In this document: positions 56,900-64,000 of the stretch, in pieces | Layout of the letters: every line of letters starts with the position of its first letter | Position numbering within the stretch: position 1 is the stretch's first letter | Notes under the pieces: generated by a model | Database searches by the model: none | Told to the model about the DNA's origin: nothing | The model's input: only the letters and a program-made list of their open reading frames with translations | IMG/VR virus record: IMGVR_UViG_3300028888_000043 | Location: 233,756 to 297,755 of that record | Length of the DNA: 64,000 bases | Direction: 5' to 3' (one strand) | Source: a virus | Lineage: Duplodnaviria; Heunggongvirae; Uroviricota; Caudoviricetes | Position numbers and translations under genes: made by a program

Positions 56900-57646
56900 A
56901 TGGTAAAGAAATATACAAAAGAAAATCCATTGAGGGTGTTTACAGCATTCTCTGGTTATGATTCCCAGTGTCTTGCACTCAACAGACTGGGAATTACTTA
57001 TGATTTGGTGGGTTGGTCAGAGATTGACCCTGCCGCCATCAAGGCGCATGATGCTCTGTTCCCACAGTATGCTGACAGAAATTATGGTGACATCTCCAAG
57101 ATTGATTGGTCACAAGTTCCTGATTTTGATTTGTTTACTTATTCAAGTCCTTGTACTGACTTCAGTAATGCCGGTGCACAGGCAGGTGGTGAGGAAGGTT
57201 CTGGTACCAGGTCATCCCTTCTGTGGGAATGTAGGAAGACTATCCTTGCCAAGAAACCCAAATATCTGATGTTCGAGAATGTAAAGGCTCTCACATCAGA
57301 GAAGTTCTTCTATCTCTTTGACAAGTGGTGTAAGGAACTGGAGTCTTATGGTTATGCCAATTTCTACCAGATATTGAATGCCAAGAACTATGGGGTCCCA
57401 CAGTCAAGGGAAAGGATTTTTATGATTTCTATTTTGAAAACTGATGATGAACCTGATCCATACTATGAGTTCCCTAAACCTGTCAAATTGGAGAAGTGTA
57501 TAGAGGACATTCTTGAGGATGATGTTCCTGAGAAGTACTATATGAAACCGGAAGTAACTGAGAAGTACATTGAAATTATGAATCAGGAGTATCCGGATGA
57601 GGTTGGTGAGGACATTGATGTGGAGGATTACACTGGGTTATGGTAA
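56900..57646 (+). CDS. C5-MTase catalytic subunit (motifs I-VIII only)
   Basis: TAFSGYDSQ, SEID, GDISK, SSPCTDFS, ENVKAL, PQSRERIF, then stop with no TRD or motifs IX-X. Confidence 0.88.
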   Translation: MVKKYTKENPLRVFTAFSGYDSQCLALNRLGITYDLVGWSEIDPAAIKAHDALFPQYADRNYGDISKIDWSQVPDFDLFTYSSPCTDFSNAGAQAGGEEGSGTRSSLLWECRKTILAKKPKYLMFENVKALTSEKFFYLFDKWCKELESYGYANFYQILNAKNYGVPQSRERIFMISILKTDDEPDPYYEFPKPVKLEKCIEDILEDDVPEKYYMKPEVTEKYIEIMNQEYPDEVGEDIDVEDYTGLW

Positions 57647-57978
57647 GGAAGGCTATAAATACTTGTACTGACGGGACATGTAGGACAATAGTTTCCTGGT
57701 ATGCCAAGGGTGGCAGGAGTAATTTCGCTGCCTGGAATGGTACTGACAGATTTCTTATGACTGCTGTCCTGGAAGAATATGATGAAGAAGAACTTATGGA
57801 AAGAAAAGAAAGATTTATAGTTGACCATCAGGGTTATGGTAAGGCTGACCCCAGACCTGGATCTCATCTTGTTTTACCATCCAACAAAAAAACATGTACC
57901 ACCTTGACTACCTTCTGTGGTTTGAACAAGGCTGTTGTTGAAGTCTATGAGGATGATGAAAATTCAGACAGTGAGTAG
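57640..57978 (+). CDS. Stand-alone C5-MTase target-recognition-domain protein
   Basis: DGTCRTIVSWYAKG..TAVLE and KTCTTLTT..KAVVE, both TRD-like. Confidence 0.6.
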   Translation: MVRKAINTCTDGTCRTIVSWYAKGGRSNFAAWNGTDRFLMTAVLEEYDEEELMERKERFIVDHQGYGKADPRPGSHLVLPSNKKTCTTLTTFCGLNKAVVEVYEDDENSDSE

Positions 57979-57980
57979 TT

Positions 57981-58844
57981 ATGGAGAAGTTAAGTAATTT
58001 GAATGAGGCGAGAAGGGTGTTCATATATAATCATAAGACTATGCCCTTTGAATTTGCAGAAATTTGTAAAATGGATAAGTTCCAGACTAAAATTGCACAA
58101 AGGACAGGAAAGCCTTGGAGAAATTCTGTTGAACTAAACAAGTTCCTTAAAAATGATTATGCCGGTGAACTCCCAAAGAGTCTTTTGGAATTGGCCAGGA
58201 GGTTAAAGGAACCGGACTATATCTGTGATTTGTTCTATATGAGTGAAGATGGGTATAAGAACATGTACCCGGAAGAGTATGCCAATTTCTTTGAGAACAA
58301 ACCACAGTGGGAGAAGGAGAAGATATTCCAGGCCGCCGATTATGGTGCAAGGACATTGTTTGAGTTTGAGCAGGATGTGAAGGCCGGAAATTTGATGGAG
58401 GATATGATTGCCTACCATACAAAAGGTATCCTTTCTCCTAATGAGAATGCATCCGGTAGAGGTTCTGATGTACTTTCAACATCCTGTGACTTCATATTCA
58501 GAAGTCCCGATGACAGTATAGAGCAACCTGTCGAGTTGAAGACCAAGTGGGTTTACAAACTGAAGGACAAGGAGATTGTACAGATGAGAGGTACGATAGA
58601 CACAATCCTTAAAGAAAAGGGTATGGTCTTGGCCATATACATCAAAATGAACAAGGCGATACTGATTGATCCCATTGGGAAACATTATAATATGACACCA
58701 GGGAAGATGAAAAATGGGAAAGACTGTGTGAACATAGAGGTTGACAAGAATGATATTGTTGATTTCAAGTTTTGGAATAAAGAAGACCTCAAAAAAATGA
58801 TGCATATGATTTTAGACCAGCACAATGCAAGAGAAACCAAGTAG
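57981..58844 (+). CDS. Putative PD-(D/E)XK endonuclease
   Basis: GNLMED..SCDFIF..PVELKTK. Confidence 0.55.
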   Translation: MEKLSNLNEARRVFIYNHKTMPFEFAEICKMDKFQTKIAQRTGKPWRNSVELNKFLKNDYAGELPKSLLELARRLKEPDYICDLFYMSEDGYKNMYPEEYANFFENKPQWEKEKIFQAADYGARTLFEFEQDVKAGNLMEDMIAYHTKGILSPNENASGRGSDVLSTSCDFIFRSPDDSIEQPVELKTKWVYKLKDKEIVQMRGTIDTILKEKGMVLAIYIKMNKAILIDPIGKHYNMTPGKMKNGKDCVNIEVDKNDIVDFKFWNKEDLKKMMHMILDQHNARETK

Positions 58845-58888
58845 GTTTCTCTTTTTGTTATATTTAGGTATATAAAATTATTGATATT

Positions 58889-59155
58889 ATGGATGATAAC
58901 AAGTTGGTAATCCTTATACCAAGCAGTTCCCATATAGAGGAGTTGAAGCAGAAGGGGATAGATATTGAGACCGAACTGGCAAGGGTTGTCTTTGACAATC
59001 TCAATCTCATCAAGCAGGGACAGAATCCAAAGACATTGGGTATCAGTGTGACCAGGGAACAGATGAATGACCTGGCCAAGTATGGTATTGATGGACCTGG
59101 ATACATCTCCGCTACCTTCAAGAAGGAACTGCATGAGAGACTGGTGAAAAAGTGA
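58889..59155 (+). CDS. Small protein similar to a segment of the major capsid protein
   Basis: VTREQMNDLAKYGID vs MCP ITREQIQDLKAYGID. Confidence 0.7.
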   Translation: MDDNKLVILIPSSSHIEELKQKGIDIETELARVVFDNLNLIKQGQNPKTLGISVTREQMNDLAKYGIDGPGYISATFKKELHERLVKK

Positions 59156-59162
59156 GGAAATA

Positions 59163-59194
59163 TTTGGATATTTGAAAAAAATGTAATATCTTTG
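59163..59194 (+). promoter_or_regulatory. Bacteroidetes primary-sigma promoter
   Basis: TTTG(59163-59166)-N20-TATCTTTG(59187-59194). Confidence 0.8.
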
Positions 59195-59213
59195 TAATAG
59201 AAAAGATAATCAT

Positions 59214-59528
59214 ATGAAAGAAAAAGTATTCAAATTCAGAATTGTGGAGTTGACCCACAAGTATCTTGATGATGACAATGAGACAGTCAAGACCTATACG
59301 ACATACAAGGTGTATAGGAAGGTTAACTGGATTGTTAATTTCAGCGGATGGCAGGAAGTATGTGACGACATGCTGGATGAGTTCTACACCCTTGAAGATG
59401 CGAAGGATGTTGCCAAGCATTATGTGGACATGTGGAAGAGGAAGTATATGGAGAGCAGGAAGTGTGAGGATTTGAAAACCGAATCCAAGATTATCCTTGA
59501 GTTTGACCTGTCACCCTGGATGAAATAA
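59214..59528 (+). CDS. Hypothetical early protein
   Basis: 104-aa ORF after early promoter. Confidence 0.65.
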   Translation: MKEKVFKFRIVELTHKYLDDDNETVKTYTTYKVYRKVNWIVNFSGWQEVCDDMLDEFYTLEDAKDVAKHYVDMWKRKYMESRKCEDLKTESKIILEFDLSPWMK

Positions 59529-59538
59529 CTTTGAGATT

Positions 59539-59751
59539 ATGAAATGGTATTTTATAATCCTTATTATTGTTGGGTACCTTGTCATCGGTTCTGCCCTGGC
59601 AGGGTTGACTTACCGCATTAATAAGTTATACCACTATACTGGTGGTGATGATGAGATAGACATCTATATAGTCACAATGTGGCCTATCATCATACCTATC
59701 TACTTTGTGGTGGTATTATGCTTGTTTGTCTATGAACTTTTTAAGGGATAA
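59539..59751 (+). CDS. Small two-TM membrane protein
   Basis: Two hydrophobic helices, WP motif. Confidence 0.65.
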   Translation: MKWYFIILIIVGYLVIGSALAGLTYRINKLYHYTGGDDEIDIYIVTMWPIIIPIYFVVVLCLFVYELFKG

Positions 59752-59955
59752 GTTATGTTCTCAAAGATTGAGGTCAAGAACCTGGAAGAATTGTATAACC
59801 ATCTTAAAGAGAAAAAGATATGATAGCGTTAAAGAAATGGATCTGGATCTTGAGTTTGAACTTTAAGATAACATATAATGATCATATGGATGCTTTCTGG
59901 GATTTCTGGGATTAAATGGATGTAATATGCTGTAACAGGATGAGGATATTATGTA

Positions 59956-61377
59956 ATGAGTGATGTTGTAAAAGACAATGGCAGAATCTATACTCCGGCA
60001 AACATCGTGAAGATGATGCTGGATTATGCTGGTTATGTCCCTGGTCCCTGGATATGGAAGAAGCATGTCATCGACAACAGTTGCGGTGACGGGCAGATTT
60101 TGTGTGAGGTGGTCAGGAGATACATCACTTCATTTTCCAATCCGGGTGACTGGGAACTCCGGGACCAGTTGAAGGAATACATCCATGGTATAGAACTGGA
60201 TGAGACTGAATGTAATAAGTGTAAGGAGAACCTGAACAGGATTCTTGATGAATATTATATAGAGAGAATTGACTGGGACATCAGGTGTGGGAATTCCCTC
60301 ACTTTCAGGGATGAGTTCAGGGGGAAGATGGACTATGTGTTTGGTAATCCCCCTTATGTGAGGACAAAGAACATCAAGAAGTCTGATGATGATTACAAGA
60401 TATTGAGATGGTATGATTTTTCATCGACAGGTATGTCAGATCTCTACCTGGCATTCTATGAGCTTGGACTTGATATGAGGAATTCCGGAGGTATCCTGTG
60501 TTATATCGCACCCAGTTCCTGGACCAACAGTGTTTCCGGGAAAGTGATGAGATTCCATATCTCTGAGACAAGGGAATTGGCAGCAGTCATTGATTTCGGC
60601 CATTATCAGGTTTTTGACAATGCCACCACCTATGTGATGATAACCCTGTTTGACAACCATCCGCACAAGTACATCAGGTATGACAGGTATGAAGGGGAAT
60701 TGAAACAGGATTCTTTATTGTCCTATGAGGATGTGTTCATTGATGACAAGATGTATTTTGCATCCAAGGATGAGTGCGATGTATTGAAAATGGTGATGAA
60801 TACAAGTAAGAAAAAGATAGAAGTGAAGAATGGATATGCCACCTTGGCAGATGACATCTTCATTGACAATCTGCCTGATTTCAAGAATTACACCATTGAT
60901 GTGGTCAAGGCATCCACAGGACAGTGGAAGAAGTGTCTGTTCCCTTATGACAAGGATTTGAACCTCATCCCTATGAATGTGATAGAAAAGGTTAATCCGG
61001 AAGTATATGACTATTTTGTGCGGAATTATACCACATTGGATGCAAGGACTTATGATTCCAAGGGAAAGGAAGACACCTGGCATTCCATCGGAAGGAGTCA
61101 GGGATTGAAGGACACCTTTGTGAACAAGGTTTCTGTCAACAATCTTGTCAAGACTACTGATGATTTGAAACTGGTGGATGTTCCTTCTGGAAAGGGAGTC
61201 TATGGCGGACTTTACATCAAGACAGAAATGTCTGCGGATGAAATCAGGAATCTGCTTGCGAACGATGAGTTCGTCAGTTATGTGAAGACATTGAGGAAGT
61301 ACAAGAGCGGAGGTTATTATACCTTCTCATCAAAGGATTTGGAAAAGTATTTAAATTACAAGATGTATGGTGATTAA
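59956..61377 (+). CDS. N6-adenine DNA methyltransferase (Eco57I/TaqI-like gamma class)
   Basis: IYTP, DNSCGDG, GIELD, GNPPY, DLYLAF. Confidence 0.88.
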   Translation: MSDVVKDNGRIYTPANIVKMMLDYAGYVPGPWIWKKHVIDNSCGDGQILCEVVRRYITSFSNPGDWELRDQLKEYIHGIELDETECNKCKENLNRILDEYYIERIDWDIRCGNSLTFRDEFRGKMDYVFGNPPYVRTKNIKKSDDDYKILRWYDFSSTGMSDLYLAFYELGLDMRNSGGILCYIAPSSWTNSVSGKVMRFHISETRELAAVIDFGHYQVFDNATTYVMITLFDNHPHKYIRYDRYEGELKQDSLLSYEDVFIDDKMYFASKDECDVLKMVMNTSKKKIEVKNGYATLADDIFIDNLPDFKNYTIDVVKASTGQWKKCLFPYDKDLNLIPMNVIEKVNPEVYDYFVRNYTTLDARTYDSKGKEDTWHSIGRSQGLKDTFVNKVSVNNLVKTTDDLKLVDVPSGKGVYGGLYIKTEMSADEIRNLLANDEFVSYVKTLRKYKSGGYYTFSSKDLEKYLNYKMYGD

Positions 61378-61765
61378 GAGTATCAATGATAAGACCAGTG
61401 GAAAGGTGAAGTTCATCAGTTATACTGGAGACTGGCCTAACCTTTGTTCAGGTGTTCTCACTTTGGAGATAGATGGTGTCCAGTACAAGTTTGGACACAA
61501 CTATGAACATATGCACTGGCATGATGATGTGAATACCTGGGTCCATGAGGATGAGGATCCTGACAACCCCAACTATCCTTCCTTCTGGTCCAGTGGCGGA
61601 AAGGTTACCAGTGGTTCTCCAGATTGGAATTTCAATGTGGAACATGGAGAGTGGATAATCCGTGAAGAAGACCTGGATCCAAAGTTCTGGGACTATGTGG
61701 CAGAGATTGACAAGGTACTTAACTCTGGTGTGATACCATTCGGCTGCTGTGGAGGATGTATCTAA
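61367..61765 (+). CDS. Hypothetical protein with C-terminal CCGGC motif
   Basis: WPNLCSG, FWSSGG, GCCGGCI. Confidence 0.65.
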   Translation: MVIKSINDKTSGKVKFISYTGDWPNLCSGVLTLEIDGVQYKFGHNYEHMHWHDDVNTWVHEDEDPDNPNYPSFWSSGGKVTSGSPDWNFNVEHGEWIIREEDLDPKFWDYVAEIDKVLNSGVIPFGCCGGCI

Positions 61766-61881
61766 TGGAGGCACTTGGTATTGTTGCTGGAATTTTCGGT
61801 ATGATTCTTATGATTCTTATGTTCTATCTCCTGTTGAGAGCAGTTTTCAAGGACACTTTGGATGAACTGAATAATTGGTGA
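61765..61881 (+). CDS. 38-aa membrane peptide (not in ORF track)
   Basis: MEALGIVAGIFGMILMILMFYLLLRAVF..; TAATG overlap. Confidence 0.5.
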   Translation: MEALGIVAGIFGMILMILMFYLLLRAVFKDTLDELNNW

Positions 61882-61944
61882 AAGGATGACTTGAAAAGTC
61901 ATCCTTTTTCATAAATACACTATACATACAAGAGTTGTAAACAG

Positions 61945-62373
61945 ATGAAATATTTGAACAAATTCAGGTCAGAAGATGAATATTGGAAGAATTATGAAGG
62001 TTATACAAATTTAGTATCTTCCATTGTCGTCAATAATGTTACATATAATTATTCCCATATGTCATATGAATATTTTACACCTTCTGAACCAATATTAAGG
62101 TCAGCATCAAGTTCAAGGAGTTTGAGTTATACTATTTTTTTCTGGGAGGATCCCAATCATCCCAATGATGAAACATATATGGTCACAACAACTAACAGAA
62201 ATCCAGAAGTTGGATTATCTGCACATTCATATGATGGAGATGTGTATGATATAACAAATGTCACAACATCACCGGCATCTGGAAGGGATATACCATATAT
62301 TGAACCTTGGTGTTCATTGATTAATCAAAAGGTTAATTATAAAAAATCACATATTGAAGAGTTAGCAAAATGA
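61945..62373 (+). CDS. Late protein, paralogue of the N-terminal part of the next two genes
   Basis: MKYLNKFRSEDE..TYNYSH..GRDIPYIEPW. Confidence 0.75.
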   Translation: MKYLNKFRSEDEYWKNYEGYTNLVSSIVVNNVTYNYSHMSYEYFTPSEPILRSASSSRSLSYTIFFWEDPNHPNDETYMVTTTNRNPEVGLSAHSYDGDVYDITNVTTSPASGRDIPYIEPWCSLINQKVNYKKSHIEELAK

Positions 62374-63374
62374 AATATTTGAACAAATTCAGGTCAGATG
62401 ATGAACTGCAAAAGAATTACTATGGTGTGAGTTCTTTGGTGACTTCTTTTGTTGCCAATAATACCACATATAACTATTCCCATTTTGAGAATGGAGAATA
62501 TTATATATGGGAAGACCCCAATTATCCAAATGATGAAACCCATTCGGTAACTACATATGGTGTAAGAAATCCAGGAGTTGGATATATGGTAACACCATGG
62601 TCTGGTTCTGATTATGAAATAACCAGTATCTCCACACAGCAGATGACAGGTAGGGATATAGATTATAATGAACCTTGGGTTTCCCTTGCCGTTGATCAGA
62701 CAGTCAACTATAACAAGTATCATTGTAATCTCAATGGGTATCGTGAGTATGTTGACCTTGGACTTCCATCTGGAATATTGTGGGCAACATGTAATCTTGG
62801 TGCCAGTACATCAGAGGCAACTGGTGGTTACTATGCCTGGGGAGAACTGGCAACAAAGGCCAGTTATAACTGGGACAATTATAGATTTGGAGATGCAGAT
62901 TATGTAGTGACAAAGTATAATGATTCTGATTATTTGTTGGAACTTCAAAAAGTAGATGATGTTGCCAATGTGACAATGGGTGGTGATTGGCATATACCTG
63001 CTCCGGAAGATTTCCAGGAACTTGGAGTTTATACAAATGTTTCAGAAGAGACCATAAATGGTATACATTGTTATAGGTTTACATCATTTAATAACCCTGA
63101 TAAATCAATAGTTATACCTACTTGTGGATACTATGATGGTAGTACATTGACAGATTCAAGTAATCTTTATTATTGGTCAAATATAGTAAACAGTTATGAG
63201 AAAAAATATGGAGTTTATAATGGTTATGGTTGGTGGTCAGATAAACTTAGGTCTCTTGGTCTTCAAATAAGACCTTGTATAGACAGTAATCCATTCAATG
63301 AACCATATACTGCCAGTTGTGACCCACCTTATCCTTGGAATAATCAACCAATAGATAGTCAACCAGCAAGATAA
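62370..63374 (+). CDS. C-type-lectin-fold (Fib_succ_major/DUF1566-like) late protein
   Basis: VDLGLPSGILWATCNLGA..YAWGE..GGDWHIP..YYWS..QIRPC. Confidence 0.8.
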   Translation: MKYLNKFRSDDELQKNYYGVSSLVTSFVANNTTYNYSHFENGEYYIWEDPNYPNDETHSVTTYGVRNPGVGYMVTPWSGSDYEITSISTQQMTGRDIDYNEPWVSLAVDQTVNYNKYHCNLNGYREYVDLGLPSGILWATCNLGASTSEATGGYYAWGELATKASYNWDNYRFGDADYVVTKYNDSDYLLELQKVDDVANVTMGGDWHIPAPEDFQELGVYTNVSEETINGIHCYRFTSFNNPDKSIVIPTCGYYDGSTLTDSSNLYYWSNIVNSYEKKYGVYNGYGWWSDKLRSLGLQIRPCIDSNPFNEPYTASCDPPYPWNNQPIDSQPAR

Positions 63375-63454
63375 CCAACCAATAATATGTTAATAAAAGT
63401 GAGACTCAAGTCTCACTTTTTTCATAAATACACTATATGTAAAATTGTTAACAA

Positions 63455-64000
63455 ATGAAATTCTTACACAAGTTACAGTCAGAAGATGAACTGAAAAAGA
63501 ATTACTATGGATATGAAAGTGAAGTCACCTCCATTGTAGTTGGAGGTAAAACCTATAATTACTCACATTTGGAAGGGAATTATTATATCTGGGTGAATCC
63601 CAATGATTCATCTGACTGGGTTGACAGTGATGTTAAAAGAAACCCTGCTGCCGGTGATACTGCTTATATACTTGGAGGTACACAAACAACCATAGACAGT
63701 GTTGTTTCAGAACCATTATCAGGTAGGGACATACCTTACAATCAGCCCTGGACATCCTGGATTCCAGGTGTTGGTGTCAACTACAACAAGTATCATTGTA
63801 ATTTCAATGGTTGGGATTATGTGGATTTGGGACTTCCTTCAGGGACTCTCTGGGCAACCTGTAACATAGGGGCAAGTACACCTACTTCAGTAGGTGGGTA
63901 CTATGCCTGGGGTGAAATTTCAACCAAATCAGATTATAGTTGGAACACATATAGATTTGGCACAGAGAATAATTTAACAAAGTATAATGATTCAGATGGG
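63455..64000 (+). CDS. C-type-lectin-fold late protein, 3' truncated by window (not in ORF track)
   Basis: MKFLHKLQSEDE..VDLGLPSGTLWATCNIGA..YAWGE; late promoter 63423. Confidence 0.8.
   Translation, partial: MKFLHKLQSEDELKKNYYGYESEVTSIVVGGKTYNYSHLEGNYYIWVNPNDSSDWVDSDVKRNPAAGDTAYILGGTQTTIDSVVSEPLSGRDIPYNQPWTSWIPGVGVNYNKYHCNFNGWDYVDLGLPSGTLWATCNIGASTPTSVGGYYAWGEISTKSDYSWNTYRFGTENNLTKYNDSDG

Noticed and set aside
57630-57650. Programmed frameshift joining the MTase catalytic ORF to the TRD ORF
   Set aside because: No slippery heptamer; the ATGGTAA overlap looks like translational coupling, and a fusion would still lack motifs IX-X
748-63036. Numerous short antisense or alternate-frame ORFs in the ORF track
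   Set aside because: They overlap well-supported genes, lack promoters or motifs and are expected shadows of biased codon usage
1-64000. Stop-codon reassignment (TAG to Gln, as in Lak megaphages)
   Set aside because: Core genes are full length in the standard code, and TAG stops (5181, 54529, 56894, 57978, 58844) are followed by terminators or new starts
38385-64000. Diversity-generating retroelement targeting the lectin-fold genes
   Set aside because: No reverse transcriptase and no template repeat differing only at adenines seen in this window; cannot be excluded elsewhere in the genome
1-64000. tRNA or rRNA genes
   Set aside because: Intergenic gaps are short and explained by promoters and terminators; no cloverleaf recognised by eye (tRNAscan-SE would confirm)

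Overview
This window is part of a large T4-like (myovirus-type) jumbo phage genome read in the standard genetic code. The host is very probably a Bacteroidetes: three perfect TTTG-N20-TAnnTTTG promoters are present and Shine-Dalgarno motifs were not evident. It carries recombination/replication genes (gp47-like nuclease, UvsX, gp41 helicase, DnaQ-like exonuclease), core virion genes (tail tube, sheath, portal, protease-scaffold fusion, major capsid protein), PhoH, a RimK/RimB pair, an AAA-MoxR-peptidase-vWA cluster, C-type-lectin-fold paralogues and a DNA methylation island. Three promoter classes are visible: host sigma type, a TTTGTTATATTT motif and a CATAAATA late motif. The three most unusual observations are: (1) a C5-cytosine methyltransferase split into one catalytic subunit plus four separately encoded target-recognition/motif IX-X subunits; (2) a late 1029-aa protein with six repeats of a probable head-protease site followed by a conserved tag, which also forms the N-terminus of a stand-alone gene; (3) an 88-aa non-late protein resembling a segment of the phage's own major capsid protein. 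All product calls come from motif recognition by eye; no searches were run.
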